The translations under genes were made by a program, and so were the position numbers. Of a DNA stretch of 56,674 bases, positions 10,353-22,800 are shown one piece after another. How positions within the stretch are numbered: the stretch's first letter is position 1; every line of letters starts with the position of its first letter. The stretch lies in contig PS015355.1 in NCBI GenBank assembly GCA_048213135.1, forward strand, positions 1 through 56,674, given 5' to 3'. Source of the DNA: Reclinomonas americana ATCC 50394. Its lineage: Eukaryota. The notes under the pieces are model-generated. The model did no database searches and was not told where the DNA came from. It was given only the letters and a program-made list of their open reading frames with translations.

Positions 10353-13162
10353 ATGAGTGCAAGTAGTGTGGTGTTTGCGGCTGCGTGTGCACTGCGTGAG
10401 TATGAGTTGCGTGATTGTGTGTGTGAGAGAGAGAGAGAAGAGTGTGTGCGTGCAAGTGTGTGCAAGTGTGTGCAGTGTGTGTGTGTGTGTGTGTTTAAGG
10501 TTTGTGACTGTTGTTGTTGTTGTTGTGTGTGTGTGTTGTTGTGCAGTGCTTCTGCTGCTGGGCAGCGCGACTTGACTCCGGGAAACTGGTATCGCGTGAC
10601 GCAGATTGTGAGAACACTCTCTCGCCTCTCTCTCTCACACACACACACGCATTCATGTCATACTCCTTCGCTGTCTTGCCCTCGTGACAGTGCATTCTTC
10701 CGTCGACCTCATCTCTCTCCTCAGATGTATTCAAGTCGTTCTTGCTTGCTTTCTCTCCGTACTTCCTGCCTCTCTTCCGCGAACTTGTATGATCGTTAAA
10801 GAGCGATCTGCTGTCGCTCTCGCATCCCACTCTCTCTCCCTTCTCTCTCACTCCGCCGACCTTGCATCCCACCCTCTCTCCTTCTCCTTTACCCTCCCTC
10901 TCCCTTACCCTCCCTCTCCCTTACCCTCCCTTTCCCTTTACCCCCTTCCCCTTTGCAAGGTCGACGACTCATGGGTCAAAGTCCGCGCCTTTGGCATGTG
11001 CGCCGTGGAGGGCCTAGTTCCCCGCGACTGCGTCAAGCTGGTCGGCGATGACGGCGAGGACCTGCGTGGCACCGACTCGGTGCAGGCACTGTCGGGCACT
11101 GTGCCACTGGCCTTTGTTTCGCACTGATCTCTGTGAACAATATCGTGATTATTTTTTGTGTATCTCACGGCGAGTGGCGCAGGCGTACTTGTACAACAAG
11201 CGATTGGCGGCCGACATGCTCAAGTCGACGTTCCGATCGGCAGCCGACGCCGGTCTCTTGCGCCACTTGCAGTACCTCGATATCAGCAGCTGCGTGCCTG
11301 TCTGCGCGTGTTCTCTCATGTAGTTGAAGGCTGACTGTGTGCATGAGTAGACAACAAGGTTCGGCTGGTGGGCGCGGTGGCCATTGCGGAGCACGCCCCA
11401 CAGCTGCTCGGTCTGGAGGCCAAGCGTTGCGTTTTTGCAAGTGGCCGCGTTCACCTGTGTGTGCCAGGTGATTGCTCACTTGTCGCGCGTGCAGGTTGCG
11501 AGCTGGATGCCGAGGCCCTGGAAGCTCTGTCGACGTTGCCGCTGGAGCAACTCATTGTCAGCTGTTGCGTGCAAAGACCCGCGCGTGCGCACGAGTGTCA
11601 CTCTCCTTCTCATACACATGTGCAGCGAATCCTCTTGGTCTTGATGGAGCGCGTGTGATTGCGCAGCGCATGCCCCGGCTCCGTCGCTTGCATATCTACC
11701 GTTTCGTTGCTTCCATTCATGTTGTGCCTCTTTCTCAACTCTCCTCTGACTCATTCACTCGCAGGCTGTCAGGTGGAGGCCGCTGGTCTGGAACAGCTCG
11801 CAGTCGCCTTTGCTGACCAGTTGGAGGACGCCGATTTTGGTGCCAACAGCACCTCAGCCGACTGCATTCAGGCCATTGCGCGCATGAGTCGTCTCAAGCG
11901 ACTGTGCCTGCAAGGTGCGCCTCGGGGAGACGATGTGCTCTTGATTCCCTCTTGCTCTTGCGGCTTTTCTCTCTCTTCCTTCTCTTTCCCCTGTGTTCTC
12001 TCACTCTCTGTCATCACTCTTCAGTCTGTTTCTTTCCCTCTCACCTCTCCTTTTTATCCTCTTGCTCTTATCTCTGTCTTTCCTGCTCAATCCCTCCCTG
12101 TCCATGCCTACACTTCTTGCTTCCTCTCCTTTCCTCCTCCCCTTCCTCTCAACTTCTCCGTTTCCCTCTTGCTCCCGTCTTTCCCTCTCAACTCCTCCCT
12201 TTCTCTGTATTCACTTCTCCATCTCCTTCTCCTCTCTTCTCTCGCAACTTCTCCCTCTCCCTGCCTTCACTCCTCCGTCTCCTTTTCTTCTTGCTTCCTC
12301 TCCTTCCCCCTCAACTTCGCCCTCTCCCTGCCTTCACTCCTCCGTCTCCTTCTCCTCTTGCTTCCTCTCCTTCCCCCTCAACCCCTCCCTTTCCCTGCAT
12401 TCCCTTTTGCTCCCTCATTCTCCCTCTCGCACAGAGAGCGCCATCACTGCGGAGCTGGCTGAAGTTCTCGCTCGTGGACTGCCGACACTGGAACGCTTCC
12501 TGCTCACCAGTGCGTCGTCGTCCTACGCTAGCCGAGCGTGAGACAGCAGCGGGTTACTCACACAATTGTGTGGCGACAGGCAACAATCTGGGTCCACAGG
12601 GCATCGCTGTCATCGTCAAGCACATGTGCCATCTTCGCGAGCTCAATGTGCACGGTATGCAACCTTTGTGCGTCTCTTTGTTGTGCAAGTCCTCGGCATT
12701 TGACATTCCCCTCAAAAAAACAGGATGTGAGATCGGCGCCGAGGGCGCACTGCATGTGGTGGAGGGTCTGCCCGACATTCGCGAGTTGTACATTGACGGT
12801 GTGATGGTCGTTGCTCCTGTTGTTGTTGTCACCTTGTGACGCGACTGACGTTTTTTTGCGCTTGCACAGAGAATAACATTGGCAGCGAGGCGGCGCTGGC
12901 GGTGGCCGAGGGTCTTCCTCGTCTGCGTCGTCTTGGCATTCGTGAGTGTGTGCATCCGTGGAGTATCACTCCCGTGTTTTTGTTGACTCTCTCGTGCGCA
13001 ACAGACGGCAACGGTTTCGAGGACTATGCTGTTGCCTGCGGACTGCCGCCCTCACTGCATGGCCGGTCACAAATGGAGGTTCACAGCGCGGTTCAGGAGC
13101 GCCTCTCAGAGGACAGGAAGCTTTACTGGCAAGACAGACAGCGTGCTTATCGAGATGAGTGA
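10353..13162 (+). CDS. SH3 domain + leucine-rich repeat (RNI-like) protein, ~12 exons
   Basis: Spliced ACALREYDASAAGQRDLTPGNWYRVTQIVDDSWVKV...EGLVPRDCVKL fits SH3. It is followed by ~29-aa LxxLxLxxNxL repeats (LQYLDISNNKV, LERFLLTSNNLGPQG, IRELYIDENNIGSEAA) with one phase-1 intron per repeat. Confidence 0.85.
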
Positions 13163-13170
13163 ATTTGATT

Positions 13171-16100
13171 TTACAGCATGCTGTCAGCCACACTCGCCAG
13201 TCTCAGGTCAGATCGTTCGCCCTCCGGGGCCGCATGCGGGCGGTGTGTACGGAGCCAATAGTTTCTGTGTGTTACGTTGCTCTGCAATCAGCCACGCACC
13301 CCGACACAACATGAACACGACATGACGACGCAACTGGTACACCACGCGGTAGAAGTTGGTCGATCGGACGTACTCTTCACTTTTTTCGGTGGTGGGGCGG
13401 TAGTGGTTGCTGACCGCTCCCGAGGCGCGCACACTTTCAGAGGCCGCCACACCGCCCAGCACCACATCCAGTGTCGGGTCCACAGGATACACGACCTTCA
13501 AGCTCGCGCTCAACCCCTCATGCCTCATGAGCTCACGCTCAAATTCCGCACGGTACTCGGCTGGCGTCGTGCGACCGCCAGTCAGCACGACGTGGTTCAC
13601 AGAGGGTGGAGCGGAGGCAAGCATGCGAGCAGTTGCCTGCGCCATCTCCTCCGCAGACGCATACTCAGCCTCGCGCACCACTGTCGCAACGGGCTTCTCG
13701 GTCAGAACGCCATCGACGACACACGCAACGGTCGCCATGTGATGCCCGACGGAGCACACCACAGCGTCCGTGAGACCCATGTGGATTGCTGACAAGACCG
13801 GGGCAGGGACGAGAACCACGGCGCGGTTGGCGATGGTGCGAATGTTCGATGCCAAGGTCAACTGGTAGCGTGCCGACCAGCCGGTAGCAGGCACAGCAAA
13901 GAGAAGCGGTTGCTTCAGCGAGCGCTGGTCACGAGGGTTTTCGACCAGTGCGGCAAAGAGGAAGCGTGCAAGCAGCTCCGGCAACAGGGTCATGTTGATT
14001 TGGGCTGCGTCGAATGATGAGCAATTGCAATCGCTGCGGCTACGTGATCGACGGAAGAATACGCACCAAACGTCGACACTGGTGTCGCGTACGCGCTGTG
14101 GTTCTCAAGAGCAGCGTTGCCAACCAGCGTGCGGTCGAACGGTCCGCGCCGCATGTGCAGATCGAACATGTATGGTACCTGCGATGCACGCTGAGGTCGC
14201 AATCGGGAGCTTCATGGAAGAGATCACGACACGAGTGTACCTGTGCCACCACGGAGCGGATTTTTTGCGTGCGCACTGTCTTCTTGTTGACAAAGATGGT
14301 CGCGCCCTTGGTCGTGTAACCTCCAATGTCAATCACCATGTACGGCAAACGACCTTCGCCCACAATGTACTGCGTTGGCAAACACAATCCCGCATGAGAA
14401 CACACACGTGTGGCGGCTGCCTCGCGTTACGTGTTTACCTGATTGCGATAGAGACCAAACCAGTCCACGATCGACGGATGGCACTGCATTCAACGACGCG
14501 CGCGACGGTCAACAGCTGTCGGTGCGCGCGGTGCGGCCGCAAAGCACTGACCTTGTGAAGCAACGTCTCGGCAGCGTACAGCAACGGCCACTCGCGACGA
14601 CATCGGCTCTGCGCAATGTTCAGTCGTTTGCCAGCATGCGCGAGGAAGCAGGCAACCTCCATCACTCACCATCCACACACGGCCGTCGTATACCATTTCG
14701 TACCACGCCTAAAAGCAATGAAACATGCGTGAGCTCGCAGGCGATGGTAACGCCTTTTACATACCCCGCACATACCCGGCTCACGGTGAGCGTGCGCATC
14801 ACTTCCGGGGGACTGAGGAACTCGAGCACCGTCCCAAAGACGTCTGGAGGCAGCGGAAGATGTCCACGCTCCACCGGTGGCGGTATGGAGCGTTGCGCGT
14901 CTCGCTGCATGGCAATCGCCTGCAGATACGTGTCAACAAAGCCGGCTGCATCGCCCTCCTCCTCCAGTTGATGCGCTCGTTGATACAGCGTTAGCAGTTG
15001 GAGGTACTGTGCGAAATCAAGCATGAGGTGGTGGTGGTGGTGAACCAGGAGCGCTGTCGGTCAAGGACCAACCTTGGGATCTGACAAGAACGCATCGGGG
15101 TCCGGCTGCGCGGGAGTGTCCACTCGCTGGAACATGATCTCTGTGCGCATAATGTACTGTTGCCACACCGCGTGAGAGCCGAATCGAGGACTTCGTTGAA
15201 GAAGATCTCCACATACAGACCTTGACACCATGTTCCACCTTGTCCCCGGCGTGCATCACGTCGTGATTGAACACCAGAGCGGTACCGGTGCGCGGCCGCA
15301 CAGAGCAGGCAGTATTGGCGGCGTCCACTGCCGGCTGCTCCAGGTCGAGGCGGCCAGAGAACGGATACGACTCCTTCATAAAGTGCGTTTGCCCGCCTGC
15401 ATTCGAGATGTCAGTCAGCGCCGACACGAGAACACACATGCAGTGGCGCACAAGACTCACACACCATCAAAGTTGTCGTTGAGGTACACAATTACAGTGT
15501 AGACCGACGATTCGTCGTACCGCGGCACCCACGGCCCGTCAATGTGCGGCGCAAAGTGACCGCCGCTGGCATATCGATTGACCTTGAAGCACTCGTTGAG
15601 ACGCGTTGGCCGCCACACACCGCGGTTGCCGAAATCCATTGGCCGCACACGAAGCACATCCTGCGGCACCAGGTGAGGCGCAACGCGGTGCCCTGTGTTT
15701 TTTCGCGAGTGAACAACAGGCTATCGTCTGGCCCCACGAGGGACAACAACGCAACACAAGGAAGTGGCCATCTCGTCCGACACGAAGAGAACGCGATCAT
15801 TGCAGCGGTACTCCACCGGGAACGTGGACGCCAGATCAATAAAGCCAGTGTCCGAGGCCTGCGCGATCAGATACGCGCACTCCTGCTGAGAGAGCACGTT
15901 GTGCAAGAGAAAGCATCGTGCTCCCGGCACATCCAGCTCCTCGCGCACAACCCTCCTCGCGACCTTATCCTGCGACACGCCGGCCGACAAACTGTCGCAC
16001 AGCGTCAAGTCGCGCAGGTTCTTCTTGGCCGTCACCAGCATCGGTCGCTGCAGCAACACCGGGCGCTGGCGACGCGCAGCGGATGATTGCATCGACTTGC

Positions 16101-16697
16101 GAATCGCCACAATCAGATCGTGATGTTCCGGCAGCTCGAGTCTCGACGCGACGTCCTCCAGTGGCTCACCAGCTGCGTTGACCATGGGACCATACCTTTC
16201 GCGGTGTCCACTCTTCATCATCAGAGACAAAGGCATAAATAGACACAGATGATGATCACGCACTTGCAGGCCAGCACGAGTGGAACGAAAACATCGATTG
16301 GCGCGCCCTCCTCCAACAGCTGCGCACGATGGTTGACAGTGTTGAGGCAGAGCGGAGAAATTCACACTGCTAACAACGAACCATCACAGCCAATGAGTTC
16401 AGTTCTTGCATTCGTGCGGGGTTCTCTCGCACGCCCAACATGGACAGCGGGCAGCTGTTGAGCTTCTCGGCGGCCATGCTCCACATGTGCCGTCCCACGT
16501 CGTCGGCAATGGCATGCCAGAGCGCCTGCCACTCATCATCCGGCATCATCACGCTGACTTCCTCCTCCACTGCACGTGCATCATCATCGTGTCGGCGATG
16601 TTGGTTTTGCTGCCACTCGCTTTCTTTCTCTCTTTCCAACCCACTCACCGGGACCAGGATCACCACTGGCCGCGGTTTTCGACGAAGACGAGCCCAT
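13171..16697 (-). CDS. Multidomain protein: N-myristoylation motif, 2OG-Fe(II) prolyl-4-hydroxylase-like domain, F-box, actin-like domain
   Basis: Continuous spliced frame: MGSSSSK; LHNVLSQQEC; HFAPHIDG...YLNDNFDGGQT...FNHDVMHAG..V..GVKYIMRTEIMF (HxD...H triad); LPPDVFGTVLEFLSPPEV..L.VSRAWYEMVYDGRVW (F-box); MVIDIGGYTTKG, VVCSVGHHMATVACVVDG and VVLTGG (actin motifs). Both ends are less certain; the 3' end could be 13208. Confidence 0.8.
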
Positions 16698-16829
16698 CGT
16701 GTGCGCGTGTGCTGGAACTCAAAAGGCGACGGACGACTGCATGTAGCTCGAGGACACGAAACACTATTTTTACTTGCTTGCCACTCACACATATATCACT
16801 GCACCGCACCGCAGAGTGCCTTGTCTTGA

Positions 16830-19800
16830 TCACATGGGGATGTTGCAGTGGGATCCGGTCCAGCCCGAGTTGCAGACGCACTGGCCGCTGCTGTCGCAGG
16901 TGCCGTTGCCGAGGCACGTGATGTTCGGATCGCAGAAGACGTCGCAGTTCGGACCAAAGAAGCCAATCGCACACAGCGGAGTTGGCGGGGTGCAGCAGTT
17001 TGCGCCAGTGTAGCCACCGACGCACACGCACTGGCCGTTGACGTCGCAGGTGCCGTGACCGGTGCAAGTGATGGCCGGATCGCAGAAAATGTCGCAGTTC
17101 GGGCCGTAGAAGTTGGTCGGGCAGCCCTGGTTTGTCGGTGGAATGCAGCACGTGGGACCAGTCCAGCCACCAGTGCACACGCATGTGCCATCGGCGGCGC
17201 AAGTGCCGTGACCCATGCACGTCACAGCCGGATCGCAGAAGATGTTGCAGTTGGTGCCGAAGAAGTTGGTGTTGCACACACACTGGCCGGTGGTGGCGTT
17301 GCAGACGCCGNNNNNNNNNNNNNNNNNNNNNNNNNNNNNNNNNNNNNNNNNNNNNNNNNNNNNNNNNNNNNNNNNNNNNNNNNNNNNNNNNNNNNNNNNN
17401 NNNNNNNNNNNNNNNNNNNNNNNNNNNNNNNNNNNNNNNNNNNNNNNNNNNNNNNNNNNNNNNNNNNNNNNNNNNNNNNNNNNNNNNNNNNNNNNNNNNN
17501 NNNNNNNNNNNNNNNNNNNNNNNNNNNNNNNNNNNNNNNNNNNNNNNNNNNNNNNNNNNNNNNNNNNNNNNNNNNNNNNNNNNNNNNNNNNNNNNNNNNN
17601 NNNNNNNNNNNNNNNNNNNNNNNNNNNNNNNNNNNNNNNNNNNNNNNNNNNNNNNNNNNNNNNNNNNNNNNNNNNNNNNNNNNNNNNNNNNNNNNNNNNN
17701 NNNNNNNNNNNNNNNNNNNNNNNNNNNNNNNNNNNNNNNNNNNNNNNNNNNNNNNNNNNNNNNNNNNNNNNNNNNNNNNNNNNNNNNNNNNNNNNNNNNN
17801 NNNNNNNNNNNNNNNNNNNNNNNNNNNNNNNNNNNNNNNNNNNNNNNNNNNNNNNNNNNNNNNNNNNNNNNNNNNNNNNNNNNNNNNNNNNNNNNNNNNN
17901 NNNNNNNNNNNNNNNNNNNNNNNNNNNNNNNNNNNNNNNNNNNNNNNNNNNNNNNNNNNNNNNNNNNNNNNNNNNNNNNNNNNNNNNNNNNNNNNNNNNN
18001 NNNNNNNNNNNNNNNNNNNNNNNNNNNNNNNNNATGCGTGTGCACCGGCGGCTGGACTGGTCCGACGTGCTGCATTCCGCCGACGAACCAGGGCTGCCCG
18101 ACCAACTTCTACGGCCCCAACTGTGACATCTTCTGCGACCCGGCCATCACCTGCATGGGCCACGGCACGTGCTCGGTGAACGGCACGTGCATCTGCACTG
18201 GCGGCTGGACTGGTCCGACGTGCTGCATTCCGCCTGTGGTCTGCCCACCGAACTTCTACGGCCCCAACTGCAACATCTTCTGCGACCCGGCCATCACCTG
18301 CATGGGCCACGGCACATGCGCCGCAAACGGTACGTGCATCTGCACTGGCGGCTGGAGCGGTCCTACATGCTGCATTCCGCCGACACCGCAAGGCTGCCCG
18401 ACGAACTTCTACGGCCCGAACTGTGACATTTTCTGCGACCCGGCCATCACTTGCAGCGGCCACGGCGTCTGCAACGCCACCACCGGCCAGTGTGTGTGCA
18501 ACACCAACTTCTTCGGCACCAACTGCAACATCTTCTGCGATCCGGCTGTGACGTGCATGGGCCATGGCACTTGCGCCGCCGATGGCACATGCGTGTGCAC
18601 TGGTGGCTGGACTGGTCCGACGTGCTGCATTCCACCGACACCGCAAGGCTGCCCAACCAACTTCTATGGTCCAAACTGCGACATTTTCTGCGATCCGGCC
18701 ATCACATGCAGCGGCCATGGTGTGTGCAACGCCACCACCGGCCAGTGCGTGTGCAACACCAACTTCTTCGGCACCAACTGCAACATCTTCTGTGATCCGG
18801 CTGTGACGTGCATGGGCCATGGCACATGCGCCGCCGATGGCACATGCGTGTNNNNNNNNNNNNNNNNNNNNNNNNNNNNNNNNNNNNNNNNNNNNNNNNN
18901 NNNNNNNNNNNNNNNNNNNNNNNNNNNNNNNNNNNNNNNNNNNNNNNNNNNNNNNNNNNNNNNNNNNNNNNNNNNNNNNNNNNNNNNNNNNNNNNNNNNN
19001 NNNNNNNNNNNNNNNNNNNNNNNNNNNNNNNNNNNNNNNNNNNNNNNNNNNNNNNNNNNNNNNNNNNNNNNNNNNNNNNNNNNNNNNNNNNNNNNNNNNN
19101 NNNNNNNNNNNNNNNNNNNNNNNNNNNNNNNNNNNNNNNNNNNNNNNNNNNNNNNNNNNNNNNNNNNNNNNNNNNNNNNNNNNNNNNNNNNNNNNNNNNN
19201 NNNNNNNNNNNNNNNNNNNNNNNNNNNNNNNNNNNNNNNNNNNNNNNNNNNNNNNNNNNNNNNNNNNNNNNNNNNNNNNNNNNNNNNNNNNNNNNNNNNN
19301 NNNNNNNNNNNNNNNNNNNNNNNNNNNNNNNNNNNNNNNNNNNNNNNNNNNNNNNNNNNNNNNNNNNNNNNNNNNNNNNNNNNNNNNNNNNNNNNNNNNN
19401 NNNNNNNNNNNNNNNNNNNNNNNNNNNNNNNNNNNNNNNNNNNNNNNNNNNNNNNNNNNNNNNNNNNNNNNNNNNNNACCCGTCCAGCCGCCCGTGCACA
19501 CACAAGTGCCGTTGGCGGAGCAAGTGCCGTGGCCCATGCACGTTGTGATGGCATTGCAGAAGACGCCACAGTTGGCGCCATAGTAGTTGGTGTTGCACAC
19601 ACAAGTGCCGTTGGTGTTGCACAGACCGTGACCACTGCATGTGACTGCAGGATCGCAGAAGATGTCGCAGTTCGGGCCGTAGAAGTTGGTCGGGCAGCCT
19701 TGCGACGTTGGCGGCACATTGCAGTGAGCACCTGTCCAGCCGCCAGTGCACACACACGTGCCGTTGGCCGAGCAGGTGCCGTGACCGGTGCAGGTGAGGT

Positions 19801-22800
19801 TCGGATCGCAGAAGATGCAGCAGTTGGGGCCGTAGTACTCGGCATTGCACACGCACTGGCCGTTGCTGTTGCATCCTCCTTGTCCGCTGCACGTGATGGC
19901 CGGGTCGCAGAAGATGTCACAATTCGGGCCGTAGAAGTTGGTGGGGCAGCCTTGTGGGGTCGGCGGAATGCAGCAATTGGGTCCCGACCAGCCGCCCGTG
20001 CACACACAAGTGCCGTTGGTGGAGCAGGTGCCGTGGCCCATGCAGGTGACCAGTGGGTCACAGAACACAGCGCAGTTGGCGCCATAGTAGTTGGTGTTGC
20101 ACACGCACTGGCCGTTGCTGTTGCACAGACCGTGGCCACTGCACGTTACTGATGGGTCGCAGAAAATGTCGCAGTTCGGACCGTAGAAGTTCGTCGGGCA
20201 GCCCTGGTTGGTGGGCGGCACGTTGCAGTTGGTGCCCGTCCAGCCGCCAGTGCACACACAAGCGCCGCTGGCCGAGCAGGTGCCGTGGCCGGTGCAGGTC
20301 AGGTTCGGGTCGCAGAACACGCTGCAATTGGTACCGTAGTACTCCGAATTGCAGATGCACTGCCCGTTGCTGTCGCACACGCCGTGGCCACTGCAAGTGG
20401 TGGCCGGATCGCAGAAGATGTCGCAGTTGAGGCCGTAGAAGTTGGTCGGGCAGCCTTGCGGCACCGGAGGAGTGCAGCAGTTGGGGCCTGACCAGCCGCC
20501 AGTGCAGATGCAAGTGCCATTGGTCGAGCAGAATCCGTGGCCCATGCAGGTCTGGTTCGGGTCGCAGAACACACTGCAGTTGGTGCCAAAGTAGTTCGAG
20601 TAGCACACACAGAGGCCATTGGTGTTGCAGAAGCCGTGACCACTGCAGGTGGTGGCCGGGTTGCAGAAAATGTCGCAATTGGGACCGTAGAAGTTGGTCG
20701 GGCAGCCCTGAGGCGTAGGCGGGATGTTGCAGTTGGCGCCAGTCCAGCCGCCGGTGCACACACACGTGCCGTTGACCGAGCACGTGCCATGACCGGTGCA
20801 GGTCGTCAGCGCGTTGCAGAAAATGGTGCAATTGGGACCATAATAGTTGGTGTTGCAGATGCACTGGCCATTATTGTTGCACACACCGTGGCCGCTGCAC
20901 GTGGTCGCCGGCTAATGTGCACATTACACAGGTAAGCAACAACAGAGACATGCTACGCACAAACACATACAGCTAATTGGGCGCAAGTGCACACGCAACA
21001 TCGCAGATGGGAGCCAGCTGCGTGATCTGGAAGGCCTTCGTGAACGACAGCCCCGTCGAATCGGTGACGGTGATGACAACTGTCAGATTGCCGGTCTGGC
21101 CAGCGTTGGTGATGCGCAGCGTCGGGGTGTTGGACGAGCCCACAATGTTGAACAGACTGTTGTTCGCGACACCAGACGGAAGGGAGAACACAAAGTGATC
21201 GCCGCAGTTGGCATCTTGCGCCTGCGTGCACACAGTGGTGAGTGCAAAAAAATCAAGGGGAGAGGAATTGCAGCAAGTCGCCGCACACCACCGACGCAAC
21301 AGACAGTCCACCAACGATGGTGTTTGCCACACTTGTCGGTCCGACGTATGTTGTCGACGAGAGGGAAATGTTCGTGGGTGCCACTGGCAGCTCCGACAGC
21401 GTGAACTGGGCGTCGACAAACAGATTGCTGTTGAGAGTGTCGACAGCACGCAGGCACACGGTCACGTTGCAGCGCGGTGGCATCGAGCCGAACACCAGCG
21501 TCGTGCCCACAACGGCAAACGCGTTTGGCTCGCTCTCTCCATTAATCAGAACGATATTCTGGTTGTACGGTGGAATGTCGGGGTCTGTTGAGGGCGCAGT
21601 CAGCACCACATAGTCAAAAAGGTGGCGCGAGCACCAGCTGTCGACAACTGACCGACGACGATGATTGAGGCCACAGTGCCGCCAGGAGAACCCGTGATGT
21701 TGTAGTACAACGTCGACAGTCCGATGCTCTCGGGAGCGTTGTCCACATCGAATGTGAATACGGCGTCGGCGAACATCGGCGGATTACCACCATCGGTCGC
21801 CTGTGCACACCTCGTGAGTATGCACGCGCACTCTTTTCGTCGTCCTGCTGCACACTACAGACACTCACCCTCACTCGCACAGAGACGGGGCCAGCCAGCG
21901 GATAGGCAATGCCACCAATGGCCGGCAACAGCTGGTTGCCAACAATGCGGAACAGCGAACTGCAGTTGGAGGAAGCCAGATGGTAAGCACGACAGACGCA
22001 CGCGGCACAGTGGACGTGAGGCTCACGCAACTTGTTGGTGGATCCAGTGCCCGCAACAAGACTGAAAGTAATCTGCTGATTGTTCGAATCCGTTGAGGAC
22101 AACACCGTGATGACAGTGTTGTCGGTGACACCGCCATGCGGCACGAAGATGACGTTGTTGGACGACTGCGGCGTCGTCGGTGGTGTGTTGACTGCAAGCA
22201 AGCGAAATGGAATTGAGCAGGCGGTGGAGTCAAGCAGGCACAGGTCTGCACTCAACTCTCTTGCAGCGTGAACACCTTGTCAAAGACCAGCGAGGGGCTC
22301 GTTGCATCCTGTGACAGTCGAGCCGTCAGAAGAAGAATACACCATGCATGAAAAGGAAAGAGTAGAGCGACTGCTCACCGTGGCGCGGATGGTAATCACT
22401 TGAGGCCCGTGAGGAGCGCCGGAGCCGAGGACCAAGGAGTTACCGGACGCGCCAGAGAGCGCAAAGGCACCGGTATTGTTGAGAATGGACAGCGTGTCGA
22501 TGTTGAGCGGCGGCGGGTCATTATCTGCAAAGAGAGATCAGGGAAGCAGAGACAAAAAGTGACACGCGGAAACAGCACTCACCAGTGTAGGAGACCTGAG
22601 CGACAAACGAACCAGGAGCGGCATTCGGATCGTAGGCTGTGGACATGCGATGATGAGTGGCAGACGCACAGTGCGAGGGGGACATTATGAGTGCATACGC
22701 AACTCAGCGACGACAGCGTGATGTTGGTGGCGGCGGTGTTGACCAGAATTGTCACCACACTGTCGGAACTCAGCGGCGGACTGCCATTGTCGGTGGCACG

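Noticed and set aside
11426-11500. GTTGCG at both the intron start and the next exon start, suggesting an introner with a target-site duplication
   Set aside because: Seen at only one intron; the bodies of the shifted-donor introns share no visible sequence or terminal inverted repeats.
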